Source: Phoronis australis (taxonomy: Eukaryota > Animalia > Phoronida). Taken from it: a DNA stretch of 64,000 bases. Shown here in pieces: positions 13,301 through 27,376 of this stretch (within the stretch, counting starts at the first letter, position 1; every line of letters begins with the position of its first letter). The stretch lies in assembly GCA_002633005.1 (NCBI GenBank), contig NMRA01000091.1, positions 182,204 to 246,203 on the forward strand. Reading direction: 5' to 3'. The notes under the pieces are model-generated. The model was given only the letters and a program-made list of their open reading frames with translations. It did no database searches and had not been told where the DNA came from. A program made the translations under genes and the position numbers.

Positions 13301-15207
13301 AGTGCTCAAGCGGTAGTCTTTGCTGCGGGTTATGTAACCAACCTGGTATAAACTTCACGTTTTTAAAGCAGCAATGTGAAGGGTATTCAATACTTGAGAC
13401 CGTGGGACTGATTTGTGCTGGAGTACCTGGCTAGATACCACCAAACATTTCATCGAGAACGGACTCAAAAAATTTTGGACTCCAAGAATAAGCGTTTGCG
13501 GCTGAGCCTGTTACGTCATTCCCAGAAAGTCAACTGAAGCGGACACTGTAAATTAAGGTGAGGGTTGTCTTGGGCCAGATCGAAGTACGTCATTTTGCCC
13601 TCCATGTGTGGCGATTTATAATCTTTGTTTGTGAACGATGTCAGACGTCTACTCCGCATTTGCATTCAGAAGTCACATTTTCGGGACAAACTTAAAAGAC
13701 CGGTTAAGCATATGTCATTTGTGTCCCGACTCACCATTCCAATTGTGTCAACCACTCGGTTGGAGAAATATACACCATGTAGCCAGTAACCATGCCGTAG
13801 GCTGTTCTAGAATTGTAATCATGCTAAGCGGAAATGAATGCTTATTTCCGCTAAATAATGTAAAACAATAGCCACGTTTAGGGGCCTGTAGGAGTTTTAC
13901 ATTTTTGATATTAGCTGAAATGGCGAATTTAACCGATTCCTGTCAGCTATTTAGAAGCTTTATCTCTGTTACATATGACGTAGGTGGGTCATTGATTGGA
14001 AATAGACTCTTGTGTTTAGATTTATTGATTCCTCGCATTTCAAAAATATTCATTTAACCGCCGATAAAAAAATTTGAATGCCACTAGTGCAGTTAGACTG
14101 AATTATATGATCACATAACGTACCGTCTGAGCGTTCAGTGGCAAAAAGACGTGTGTCGGAATATGGTTCTGATAAAGTTACTGAGTGGCGTGGATCACAA
14201 TCAGCCGGGACACATGAGTCATGTAACAAGGAAGTACAAACGCGCGCAGATTAAGTTCACCTCGAGGGAAATGAGACTGCGAAAATACTCGGAGTGTTCC
14301 GGATGATTTTAGACAAAACTGAGACAATCTTATTATTCACTAAGCGGTTGTGAAATCTCGAAGATTAAATTATGTATTCTCAGTAGGGTATTCGCGAGCT
14401 GTTACCTTTTTGTTTCAGTTTCTTAATAGACGTTGTAAGTTTGAGCATTGTTCGTAACTTGATTTGGCCGCCAGGGTTAAACAATCTGTTGTGACTTTGA
14501 GTCAATCAATAACTACACTTGTCACTGGAAGGACAATAATTATTTTAGTTTGCCTTGATGTACTTAAGAATATTCTGAGGGTATAATTTTTAGATTACAT
14601 CAAACAAACGGTATTCCCACATGGAAAAGTCGCTCGGGTATTGTCCTCTGCTTCACACGTAGATATAACTGCCGGATTGTGTGTAAACCGAAGTTTGATT
14701 GCAAACACTTACTAATGAAAAGTAATCGACTGTCCTCTTTGCGTGACGACGTCACATACATCCATGCATGTGGACAGAAGGGAAATATGGCTAAATTCAA
14801 GTTTATCTCAGTTGTCGAAAATTATTCATTCAACAATATTTCTAATCGTTTTCATCGAGCTGTGTTGGCTGATGTATCTTAATACACTGTAAGCTGATCA
14901 ACTGTATATAAACCAAACTCACTGGTTATCGGGAAGGCCCATTTCGTAATTTTCCCTGAGCTCAATATCTCAGGTGATAACTACCTGCTGTGTGCTTTTG
15001 TACCAGCTAGACGACAACTTTTGTATAGGTCCTCTTTAGTGAATAATTTGTTTCGATTAAATAATTCATTCAAGCCCTTTAAGACATCCTTTCTCTGCTC
15101 GATATCTGAATGCACCGTTATTATTCCCAGGTTGTTTCCGACTAGGAAAAAACTGCCCGTGTGCTATTTTGTCGATCGCTAGTGAAATTTCAACCATGTT
15201 ACCTATT

Positions 15208-15609
15208 CAAGATACCTAAACTACACTGTTAACGGACTCATAAACACGGTCACGGACGCATGAACACGACTCACGTACTTAGAAACACCGTTCCCTGACT
15301 CACATTCACGAAGAAACACGGTTAACGGACCCGCCAAGCACTGTTTACGGGCAAAATGTAGATGTCGGCTAACCCATGGCCTATGTTTATGGCATGCTTT
15401 ATCGGAGTAAACCGTGTTTGGCGGTCCGTTAACCGTGTTTCTTCGTGAATGTGAGTCCGTGTCCCGTGTATTCGTTTGGATAGATCGTGTTTTGTGAGTC
15501 CGTTCCCGTGTTTGTGAGTCAGTGAACGGTGTTTGCAGGTACGTGTGTCGTGTTCATGCGTCCGTGACCGTGTTTATGAAACCGTTAACCGTGTAGTTTA
15601 GTTATCTTG
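15208..15609. mobile_element. Foldback DNA element with internally repetitive TIRs and 5-bp TSD (CTATT)
   Basis: Termini CAAGATACCTAAACTACAC / GTGTAGTTTAGTTATCTTG. The ~140-bp left arm is inverted in the right arm, which carries extra AAACACGG..ACGGAC-type subrepeats. CTATT sits directly on both sides (15203-15207, 15610-15614). Confidence 0.9.
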
Positions 15610-15790
15610 CTATTAGGGAAAGTCTACTTAACCAGTGAAATGGGTTGCCGTGTTGTCACTTTGGCAGGTAAGACGAATGGCGTTATCTGAAGATACTACG
15701 AGAACGACGCCTTAAATGCGTGAAAAGTACCGTCAATGTTTCATTAGTGAAGCACTGTGCTTATCATTGATTTCTGTTTTCTTTCCACAG

Positions 15791-16225
15791 GTCGCGTGAA
15801 ACGGACAAATAGAGGGAGGCGTTACTGAAATATACACGCTCGATTCACCACTTAGCCCATATTTTGATCGAAATCGATTACAATCGATGAACGCCTATCA
15901 AGTTCGAGTGTCTTAATTGCCCTCAGTAACATTATATAGATCAAAAATTATACACACTCGAAAAACATGCATGTTTGTGCGATCTCAGGAAGGACCTTGA
16001 ATTGCTTTTGCTTCGCTATTGGTAAATTGTCATCGATTGAGAGGTTTTGACTCTGAAAGAAGTCACTCTGGTGCACTGGAACTGTGGTGATCGAGTGAAC
16101 GGACATTGATAGCTACTGAGCCCATTGAGTCGTTTCACTCACTGTGGAAAGGGTCGAACACCTGACGAGAATAAATGTTGTGTGCATCAACGTGATCCGA
16201 TGAAAAACAAGGTGTCAAAAATAAG
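15791..16225 (+). other. Candidate non-coding exon
   Basis: Acceptor TTGATTTCTGTTTTCTTTCCACAG| ends at 15790. Donor AAG|GTGAGT at 16226. An upstream donor CAG|GTAAGA at 15668 would define a 123-nt intron. No long ORF. Confidence 0.4.
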
Positions 16226-18049
16226 GTGAGTCTTTCCTTAGTCCTTGTTAGTTACTCACTGGATCCGAGACTAAATTGCATCATTGAGAAAATCACATTT
16301 TGGAATTTACATGTATAACAGAGTTCGGAAGACTTTCGAAATGATATGTGGGAAAGTTGCCTTTGTTAGCACGTGTTTTGAAAATCAAAAACATGGAAAA
16401 TTAAACAATTACCCCTGGAAAATGGACCTTAAGGTGGTACCGTGAGAAAAAAATCTTTTGTGTTTGCTGGTCCCTATTCAATAGACACTGGCACCGAAAG
16501 GAGAGAGCTACTGGGGTACAGTCAATGACACATGGGGCAAGTTCATGCGTGCTGATGTCATGTTAACGAAAAGACATTTGACGGAAATAGTCAAATTTGA
16601 GTAGCTTCAGGAAGCGTTTTTTATCGTCTGTGGTCTTTCTGTGATAGAAGTTTATGCTTCAACTTGGCATACATTCGTTGGTACTGCGCCATCTACCGTC
16701 GAGTTCAGTTAAGTCTTAGTCTCACGGAGATAAGGCGATGAAGTACATTGTACCACTCACGATGATGTTTATAATAGCTCATCAGAGTTCGGTGTTAAAT
16801 CACAGCAACCTCATTGAACCATAAGTTCAAAGAAATAACTTCCCCAGTGACATAGACCGATATCTTGCATGACGAATTTAACGTTTAATGTTCCCTACCT
16901 GTTCACGAATATTGGCAAGGCCATTCCACGAGGTTACAAGTTGTAGCTAGATTTTGCAAGGTCTTCAAATAACGAAGTGACTTTGATCGCCTGGTTACAT
17001 TTTCGTTCTGCTTGGGTTGTCTTCCCTGATTTTCCACCAATCCCTCTTCCGACACCCCGTGTTGGTAGTCTGAAAAGGACTCGGGGTTTGGCAGGCTTGA
17101 CTTGGAACGTTCCCTATTGAGTGAAAGTCTCCGTCGATCTCCCCCGCCGCGTCTTCGCCCATCGGCTCACACGTCTGTGTTTTCTTCCAGTTAGGTTTTG
17201 GACAGCAGCACGTTGCATTTCCAGAACATCGTGCACTAATATGGACTCTAATCAGAGGAAATGTTTTTCCTATGGTTTACAACATAGCCCCCTTCTATTT
17301 CGCTGTAGGTTAGACCGACGCTTTTTGTGTTCTCGAATATTTTATCCAACAGTACGAGAAGTTGTAAAACGCCAGGCCACGAGTTGACTTGCAGTCTTGG
17401 CAATTTCCTGAGATTTCAGTTTCCCGTAATTTTACAACGTTTGAATTTTTGCGTTTCCTAGGGGTTGAAATGGCGGAAATGGTTCCAAGTGAGTGCATAG
17501 AAACAGCATTGAATTTTGTACCGTGTGAGCTATTTGCATAGAACGTAAAGTAATTAAACAGTTCAATACTAAAGCTTTTTTGACATGATCCGCTTAATAA
17601 AAACCGGAGTTTGAAAGCAGAACCTCAGACATTAATCAATATATGGAGTAATAGAAGTAGCAGCGCCAATGCTGAAATTCGCTGTGCAAACAAAATCACG
17701 GAGTGCTCTTTAAAGCTCCGGCGTTAGCAACTATTGTATGGCAAATCTGTGAGGACAAATCAATAAATTACACGTTTTATGAAAACATCGCAATTTTTGA
17801 TCAGACATCATTGTCGTGAGTTGTTTGTGAATTCAAGAAACTAAAACGACCTTGGCATTGTGCAGCGGTACAACTTAGGCTTAGCAGTACTGTCACTGCT
17901 GCCTCTGAATTACGCATTGCCAGAACACATTTCCTTTCCTTGTACGTTTGTTTCGTTCTAAGAAAAAGAACGACGCCGTCGAGCCGGGGATTCTGTGTCA
18001 CGTACATATACGACTTGCATTTGAGCGATCGAGGTTCACATTTGTGTAT

Positions 18050-18765
18050 GTTTATCCGCTTAGCACGACGCTCATTTTCCGCACTATCGTCGTCGTCGTC
18101 GTCGTCGGAACATCACAACTCAGAACATGGCTGATCGGATTTCAATGAAACTTACAGATGCAATTTTTACGCTCAGTTAACTAGACCATGTTAGGAATAA
18201 TTTTCAAAATGTTCCACGTATGCATGAGGAGCTGTCAAATGACAGGATTTCAAAATTTTCGTAAAAACGAAAACATTATTTTAGAACAGTAATAACGTTT
18301 TCGAGAATTCATGTTAGATATCAAATGAAATTAAATCTTGTTATTGATTCCGTTGTTTTTTCATGATTGTAACTTGTTTACATAATTTTACTGAGACGAC
18401 ATGGTCACATGAGCTAATTAATAGACGTGGCGCCCGTTTGCGTCGTTCTGCGTCTGGCCTCCGTCTGGCAACGTTCTCAATTTGATTTGTACGTGTGTAT
18501 TACCGATAGCCCGGACCCTTTCGATTTTAACTGCTAGTTTTTCTGACTGCTAGTTTTTCTCGATGTCAAAACTGTATCGCTGATTTTTGAGAGTATTCAA
18601 TGCTTTTGTGGTGGATAATCATTAAACGAATTTCCGAGATTAAAAAATCGGATCAAATAGTTTTCGGACCGATTCCACTACTGTAGCACCACCTAGTGGT
18701 CCCTAGAAACATATGGTTTGCTGTGCACCGCGGGCGCATTTCAATGCCCGGGTGTTGCTGTTGTT
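18050..18765 (+). mobile_element. Helentron/HINE-like non-autonomous repeat with (TCG)7 microsatellite
   Basis: T-rich start, (TCG)7 at 18087-18107, GATCGGATTTCAATGAAACTT motif, a segment shared with 10200-10390 and 49930-50120, and a 3' hairpin CGGGCGCAT..ATGCCCG (~18730-18750). Boundaries approximate. Confidence 0.5.
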
Positions 18766-20610
18766 GTAAAAGATTTTATAAAACACTTTATGGATGCTGA
18801 TCAAGCGAGTTTTCCGTGACAACATTTTTACGTGACCTCGAAATTGGCAAGTGGTGTTGTGAATTATGTGAGTATATTCGTCTCGGCTCTCAGTTTTAGG
18901 GTTGACAGCTGCCAGTTAGCATGATATTTCAACATGAGGGTACCATTTTAACTGAGGCTATTCGCCATTAGGATTGCGCAGCCTGTTCTTTGCTGACCGT
19001 GCGTAATATTCTGGCTGGGCGATTCTCAGCTTGTTTTTATGTCTCGGTGCTCTTTTCTCTAAGTTCAGTGTGTACCGTTTTCTAACGACCTTTATTGATT
19101 TCCAGGATGATTTATTTCAAAACGATGGGCTTTTGGGCCATTTACATACATTTACACATATTTCATTAAGGCTTGCACGATGCTTTTGTTTGTTTTGTGA
19201 TAATTACATTCGCCAGTATGCTGGTCAAGCAACTAATTCACATTAAAGGAATCTTCAGCCTCTGCGACGGCGCACAAATTTTGTTGAAACGTTCAGCAGT
19301 ATTTAGGTGGAATAGGGGTACAGATAAGTTCATTTAGTGTCGTAACACAAGTGTGTGTCATGTGCCGGAATCAGCATTTTATCACCTGAAATCGAGAACA
19401 TAAACTACGTGGGTAGATTTGAGATTGGCATGTCACAAATGAAAAAGGTACGCACAAATTGTTCTTGCCGAGATTTTTAACACTCGAGTTTTATTATTGG
19501 GATATTAAAAACCTATTAAAGTTATTGCCTTGTTTACTTTACAGTGTTTGGGTATCCCTGTATCCTCTCTAGGTAAATCCCTTCACCTTGCCCTCCTGCC
19601 AGGTGGTATGAAAAGTTTCACCTGTAAAACGAAGTTTCCGTCATCGACTTTGCTGGAAGCTCTAGTTCATTATCCTTGAAGTTCATGGCCACCAGGTTGG
19701 TCTCTAGTCTTGAGCTAAAACCAAGTCGTTAGTTCTTATTCATACTCACGTTAGTCATGAATATTATATCGGTAGCACTGAAGCTCCATATTATGGGGAG
19801 CCCCGCCCACAAGCGTTGTTGCTTCCCGAGGTCGTTCACTCCAGTTGTTGCACAATGCACTATAACGAGGGCGTTTATATCGTACTAATTCTTCAACTGC
19901 GTAACAAAACGTGTGGTATCCCTCCGACCATTTTGTTGCAACCCTCGTCGTGACTAAGTTCTTCGGCTCTCCTGTTTTTAAAGGAGATTAAAAGTTTTCG
20001 AAGACCATCGTTGTTTTTGTCTTTCATTTAAGGTAGTCTGCGTCGAAATATTCGGATAATGTGTCACGGTGCAATTGCCCGCCGTGACGGATCAGCGGAA
20101 GTCGACTGGTTAGTGTAGACTTGCCTCGTAAACGGGAATGAAGGAATAAGTTAGGGAGGTGGCTGAACCAGTCTGTTACTACTGTATAAATTTGTTCCCG
20201 TAATGGTCACTAGCAGTTGCTGTTAACGGAAACAGTCGTCGTGGCGGGGAAGCGATTTTCGTCCGATTACTTTTGTCATGCACTCCGCGGCCTAAACCCT
20301 CTTGCCGAGGCTACTACTTGTCAGCAAAACTGAAACAATAAACCACACTTTCTGTAACAAGACAAAATTTCTTTTAGGTCACAAATATCATAAAGTCGCT
20401 CACACCTTGTATTTTGCAAATTGGCAATGTTTTCCAGATTTAAATACAAATGACAGGTGGTTATCGCTACCGACCAGGCCCGTTACGTTGTTTGTCATGA
20501 CGATTTATTCAAACCGAATCTCAATTCAAACCACGAATAACGCTTTACTTTAGAAAAGCAAATAGGCATGTGAGAAAAATTCACGTTTTTAACACCAGAA
20601 TACATACTAT

Positions 20611-20710
20611 ATATGGGCGGCGCGCCATAAGGGGCTGGGGGTGCTATAGCCCCACTTCTTTCAGTGCTGCGTTGCCCATGGTCTATAGGCGGCGCACCAC
20701 AGGGGGGCTG
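20611..20710 (+). mobile_element. Two tandem hAT-like MITE end fragments (ATRGGCGGCGCRCCAYARGGGG..)
   Basis: ATGGGCGGCGCGCCATAAGGGGCTG and ATAGGCGGCGCACCACAGGGGGGCTG. A reverse-complement copy lies at ~43696-43721. Confidence 0.55.
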
Positions 20711-21070
20711 TCGAATATCGGTTGCGCCTGTGAACTACTGCATATAGTGGGCAAGTATCTCTTCAGGTACATAGCCTACCAAATAAATAAAAATATCGTA
20801 CGCGGTTATTGTGAACATCAGTGCCGAATGCGAACTGATGTTGTGTCTTCCCAATGCTCATGCCAATCATTCGGCCGTGTTTATTACCATATTAAAAATT
20901 AAATTACGGAACTAAATTATGTACTCTCTGTACACGAATGTTCGATGTCTGCTTGGATGTCTGTTTCAGTGTTGTGACTTTTTGACCGCACATCTTGTGG
21001 GCGTGGATGTGTGTGGTACTCCCAGAATTTGAGGTCATTTCTTACTCGGGCACTTAATGGGAAAGTGTAA

Positions 21071-21891
21071 GGCCACTCCTTTGTTTTTCGTTTCATAGAG
21101 TTAAAGATCTTAAAAAGAGACCTGAACTACATGTTTCAGAATTTTAGTATGAATTTGTAGAGTATAAAGGTTGGTTCCTGACATTCACATCTTCATAAAT
21201 AGTGCACAGTATTTTTCTTTTTTACTTTGAAAAATTAAATTTTATTAGTTCACTTAAGCCCCACTGCGAGCGTTGTTTTCGTGACGAAAGCCAACCCAAA
21301 AGAGCGCACCACAATTTTAGCAACAGAGTGAACGGTAGAACGCCAATTTTTTCAACACTGATAAATTATTTCGTTTACTCAAGGAAGAGTGTAGTTTTTA
21401 TTGACATTAATTTTGTGTCAGATTTTATTTGATCAATTTTTACCCACATCGTCTCAACGGCTGTATATTCAATGTGCAAATTTGCAGCAAGGCAACGCGA
21501 GGCCCCTGATGCAGAACGGCATATTTCTACTAACAGTCAACACGACACGGTCGTAAACTTGCATTATGAACTTTTGGGAGCCGAAAACTAAGACGACTTG
21601 TACACATAAAGTACAGTTCCGTAGCCTAGAGGCCTTCACTCATTGATCTATCTATATTAAGCTTAATTTAGGTCATTGTCTTCACCCACGGTGCAGCATC
21701 AGTGACGTCAGACAAGCGTTAGTCAATAGGAGTAACATTGGAAAAAACACTTTTCAAAATAATGCGAAAGAATAAAAAAAGACATGAATTCATAAACCAA
21801 GTTACATTAAAAATGAATGTTTTTGTACTTCAGTAACCTTTTAATATGCTATCGTATCTTGCCAAAAGTACTACAGCTATGAAATGTGGCC
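21071..21891. mobile_element. Possible degenerate Kolobok-like element
   Basis: GTAA|GGCCAC ... GTGGCC|TTAT, i.e. TTAA-like flanks. Patchy inverted similarity (TTTCATAG, CTGAA.TAC) over ~100 bp. Confidence 0.35.
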
Positions 21892-24571
21892 TTATTGTTT
21901 CCGCTTTCTGATATGTTTGGCGACTGTTTGCCAGTTTCATTAAAACTAAAGTTATCACGCGATTGTCGCTGCCAGTGCAATAAGAATATACGATACATTT
22001 CTAACTTTTGTGGGCTATCTCTCAAGCAATTTCCTGTACACTGATACTAACATCGATCGACGTATTTTACGAAAAGTATTAAGTAAATTATGATCTCACG
22101 ATCGACTACTCTTGCGAAGTAAAGGCAGTTTTGGAAGAGATGTGGCAGTTTTTACCCCGGAAAGGTAATTTTGTTTTTCTAAAGTTTTTAAATGGACATT
22201 ATAGGTTGGATGGGAACTATTAAAGCAACCAAATACGCTGTGATTTTTTTATTTTATTGAAAATCATCAGTTCTTGCCGTTGTCTGCCAGACATTAGCTG
22301 AATCGAGGTTGGTGTTCCAATTTAAATGCGATTTAATGTTTCGATATTTACCGCGTGAAATTTGGGTCTGCGCTAGAACCTTCGGCCACAGTTGTAAATC
22401 TAGAGTTTTCGATGCCGCGGAGTTGTTTATTTCTGAGAAATTACTTTTCTCGTAGAGAATGTCCCTCTATGGAAGAATCTTTACATTCGAGGACCATTGT
22501 GATGAGTTAGTTGCATTTTGTCGGACTTATGAATAACGTCATTTAACTTTTTCAGTCGTGACTTTTTATACATCCCTGTTGTAATATTACCGCAATTTCG
22601 AACGTGTTTCGCGTGTTTGCTTCAGCGCCTTTTAACTCCCTTGCCTGCTCGATTTTTTACCTTGTCTTGCAAAATGCGATGTGCCTTTTTTCTTGTTTTT
22701 CCCTTTATTTCCACTCTGTTTCCTCTTTGTTGGTACGCTATTTAGTTGTTAATGTTTTATTTTTCTAGTTTCCATCTTCTTATTATCGTTGAATTTCGCT
22801 TTATTTTCAAATGTAGCACGTCCGATGCTATTTTTTCCTTTCGTTCTACACTGATGCCATTAAAGAAACTCTAAATCTCTAAGGCCAGAAGCGAGACGCA
22901 GTGAGCATACTGCAAAACGTAAGTCTGCTCAAGTAAGCCAGTATGTTGTCGCGCGGTTCTGTTGTGATGGCAGTGCTCAATGACCGAGACGTCCGCCAAT
23001 TTCCAGTCACGGTCTCGGTACATTACAATTTGTCATTTGACTTGAGTAATGATTCCAGAAAACCGTAATTAAGCTAATACATCAGCGACTCAGCCAATCA
23101 GATACACAGTGTTTGCATTGTGTCATTTGGTCACAACGTCGCACTTCCGGTTTGAAGAATCTATAGTCATTAATCTCGTTTTCGTAAACAGGTACTAAAA
23201 CATTCAACGAACCTTTCAACGTGAGTATTATATGCCAAATTGACCACTGTAAACCATGATTCTAAAAGAATAACAATTCGCTTTTAAATGTAAATTCCTA
23301 AGTTGCTTTGCCAAGTCAACGACTTATATACATTTACGCGTTTTAAAATGTTTGAAATCTGAAATAGCGAACTACCATTTTTGATAGACCAAAAATCACT
23401 CTTCATATGAGTAACGAACACGTTGGTATTATAGCCGCTTTGAAAAATAATGTTCTTAGAAACTATCGTCAGGCAAATCGATCGAGACTAGTTTTGATTA
23501 ATAAACTTTTTGCCTTGGTTTTGACAGCAAGCTTTGAGTGACTAGATAGTAACTCAATATTCCCGCGAATACGTTTCTGTCAGTCACACACGTTGTCCCA
23601 CTGCATAAACCAGTATTTCCGGTCTAGCATGCGTGAGGAAACCAACATACATTTATTTTTTTCTATCCGCATCGGTTTCAGCGCAGAAGACGACCCTGAT
23701 GAGCTTGGTCCCAAGCAAAAAGGTCTGTAAGCTGTACCCAAGCCCAAAATCACTTCTAATAAAAGGGATTACTTGGTGTAGTCACGTGGTCAAAATGAAA
23801 TGTGTTTTAGACAAAAAGTGGGTGCATTTAACTTCACAATAAGAGAGAATGAAACGGTTTCTTTAACTAGAAAACAAGGAGTGTTAACTTGCTTTATTTC
23901 ACTTGATGTTTTGTGACCGTCGGAAAAAGAAATCATAATATACGACACGAGCCATGACGTCACATTACCTAAACATCACCTTAAAGCAGTTTTCTAGAGC
24001 ATGACATCTGAAAGCAAGTTTGTGGGTCCTGCTGCTACCAACGGTTTTGAAAAAAGGCATTCGTTCAAAAACCATGTAGATTCGTTTCCTGTCGTGACCT
24101 ATTTACCTTATTCGTATTTCGCTGAAATGAATGACACAAGTGATCTTACTGACAGGTTCTCTACTAGGGTTGGGACGATACACATTTTTATGAATTCTAT
24201 TCGATTCCATTCATTATCTTTTCATGAGGAATTCCATTATTTTCGATTGAGACAATTCTTGTGTGCCAAATTACTGCATTTTTATCTCAAATATAAGCAG
24301 TTAACTTGACACTCGTACCAATTTTAGCAACTAAATTGTGAAGTATGATAAGATCTAACTAATGAACGCTCCTGATCTGTTTTATTTTGTTTAATGTCTT
24401 AATAATTCTCTTCAAAATATACAAATAAGTTGCAACTTTGTCACTTAAGAAGCGACTGTTTTGCTTAAATAGGGGAGAAACCGATCATGCCCGCGAAAAA
24501 CTCGCTTTCCACTCGCGTGATTATTCGAGATTTTGCGATATCTTGCTATTCTCTCAAGGAAGTATTCTTAA

Positions 24572-25005
24572 AGATGCTTTGTCTCATTAAAACCGTGAAC
24601 ATTTGCAGCAAGCGCCACCTAGTTACTTCCTGGTGAACTCTGTGCACAAGCATAATCGGGAAAGAAACAATTTGTAAATAAGGTTTTAAAGAAATCACCA
24701 CAACTGATACACTTAAAAACAAGTGTGAACTTGTATAAAGCCTTAGTTGATTCAAAATATTACGCAATCGTTATTTGATAGTGAAAGGAACAAATAATAA
24801 AAACTGTGCCTCTTTTCATTAGGGTAACAAATGACATATTACCATAATCATTTACATAAAATAGTCTCGCAAAACGAGAGTTTCGCGAGATTGTAATGGT
24901 AACTGGTTCTCGGATGTTTTCCAGCACACCTGACGACCCGGAGTTGTTTGTAAACAAGTACTTCATTTGCATATTCACAAGTTAATGAGAACTACGGTAA
25001 CATCT
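24572..25005 (+). mobile_element. TTAA-flanked (Kolobok-like) MITE, copy A
   Basis: TTAA|AGATGCTTTGTCTCATTAA ... TTAATGAGAACTACGGTAACATCT|GTAA. The last ~170 bp (24835-25005) align with 40966-41131, including identical TTTCGCGAGATTGTAATGGTAACTGGTTCTCGGATG. Confidence 0.75.
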
Positions 25006-27376
25006 GTAAGGAGCGCTCTTCAGATCTCCCCAATCGATTAATAACACAATGAGGATTTCGATTTTTCCAATTGAAACCGCAAAAAGTAGTCTTAATTTGG
25101 ACTTGTTTTTATTGACATTGGGTGGCATCCAATAAATGCATGTTTCTAGACCCGTAAGCGATAACCAGTGTTAATCGATAAAACTATTGTTTGGGAGCTA
25201 GAAAAATAGCTTCGCGTTATAGCGCGTGAAGCTACAGTGTTGAGACGAGGCGCCACGAAATCTCCAAGTGGAAGCTCATTAGTTTGCAGGTTCGTGTGAA
25301 AAATCGCAGGTTTCGTCCACTTATTGTGAAAATTATCTGAGTCAGCTCGTTGAATATTGTGTTCCTTAGCAGGTGCTGACGTGGCATGCAGTAGGCGAGT
25401 AATCAACTCCCGTCATTGTATGCGAGATACACGAGAAACATGGCCTTCAGGAATTGTTTTTCCAACCGATCTTGTGCTACCTCTCGGGATAAGTCATTGT
25501 TTAGTTTACTGTGCACTTGAGACCTGTGAGATTGCTTGCATTTTGTGGACGTCTGTGTTGCGAGCACCGACTCGTCCTCAAAACACATCTGTGTTTTGGA
25601 TCTCCATCTGATGGTTAAAGGGTCGTAACCGTTTTATTTTCAAAGTCTATGCTTGGGTGCGTTTGAGGAATGGAATTATTTGTTCCCGGCTTAGTGGAAA
25701 CCTGCGCCGTACAAATCTCTAAATCGACGAACTTGTTAATAATGCATTAGACTTGAGTGAATTTGAAATTCTGTTGTGGAAAACAACTCATCGAGTGTTT
25801 ACTTGCAAAGGAAGTGACGTAGCCAACTAAAATGACGGAACATATTGAAAATGACTGGCCTGTCTTAATGTTACAAATGGAAAAGCAACTCAAATCTGAA
25901 GGGGTTGGGCCACTTCATATTCAGGTAATGGAAATCTGACGCATTAGGTCTATCTTCTGGAAACTATGATGTGCAAAGGCTATCTCGATTTCGTTAAACT
26001 GGTCGTTAGGTATCCGTGAGACGTCATTGTGTCTTAATCCCTTTTGTGCATTTGTATTGGGCATAATTGTGGACGTATTCGGGTACCATGCACATTTACC
26101 CGGATCAAGAAACAGAGCTTCTTTCGCACATGTGAATGGTTGATCTGGGACCATGATAGATCAGGGTGCTATCAGTTAGATGTAATCAAATGACGCTACC
26201 TGTGTCTGGGGTAGATGTTTCAGTAAACTTGAACCAAATGGTCGATTGCGTTCTATCGCGCACTCGTGATGAAAATGGCGTTGCACACTGCACGCCACGA
26301 CACCCATTAAAATGTACTTCGTAAAGCCAAAACTAGCGAGTATTGCAGTAAAATCAAAAGGGTGTCGTCTCACTGTACACTATTACCTAACTAGTACAAG
26401 ATTTTTTCTACATATAACCAGATGTGGTATTTTTAGACAAAAAAGCGTAACACCGCTAGTTAGATCACAAGCGATGCTGAGCGATTGTCGAAAGGCGATG
26501 AAATGAATGAACAATATACGAACAGGCTTAGCGGAGTTCAAGTTAAGGTCACTGGCATTTGATTGACAAATTGTTTTTAAAGTATAGCACAGAACGTGAA
26601 AAACAAACTAAATTGCATTATCCACTGAAACAGAAGTCATATTTTTCACCAGGTACTTTTAAAGTTTGTTTTTAAACATTTTTCATTGCTGTTGATGCTA
26701 GAGGATTTTCCTTTGGTTTAAAGTTGCAAAAAAACGATTTGTCAACTGCTTGTCACTTCGTTGATGTTTCTCTCACAAGGCAAAGCACGTCTCCTTATTT
26801 GGTATAGAAAGACAGGCGGAGCACTTTTCCCTTATACGAAAAGTGTGACTGACCTTTGATTAAAACAAAGTTGGCGATTCTTGCACTTAGGAAATTTTTA
26901 CTGAGTAATTTTGGGACCATTCTCTCATATATATTGTTAGGGGTGGAGAATTTGAAAGCTATGTGGGAATGAAAAAGTTTATATTTCGTCCGTGTTCCAA
27001 CAATAATGAATCTGACGATTTTTTAAGAAATTCTTGATTATTTTTCATATCATGCAAACTCGAGTCAGTTGCTTTAAGCCATCGACATTTGCTTTGCGTA
27101 CTGTGATATAATAGTATGTGCACTGAGCCAATGACAGGCCGCATTGGATATGACATTAATAATGCTTTAGGCGTTATGGATTGTGTAATGGTCGATTGTC
27201 AGTAGCAATGGTAGCCTCGTCCCCTCCTCTAGCACGCAGTAAGCGTCGTGTAAGCCGAGAAGTTCCTAGCTGTATCGACATCCCTATTTGAAGTTGGATA
27301 GTCTAAGAGGCGTCTTTACTTTCGCATTTAAAGCGACATTAAACCCGGTTGAGGTCAATAACCCTAGTATCTCGAT

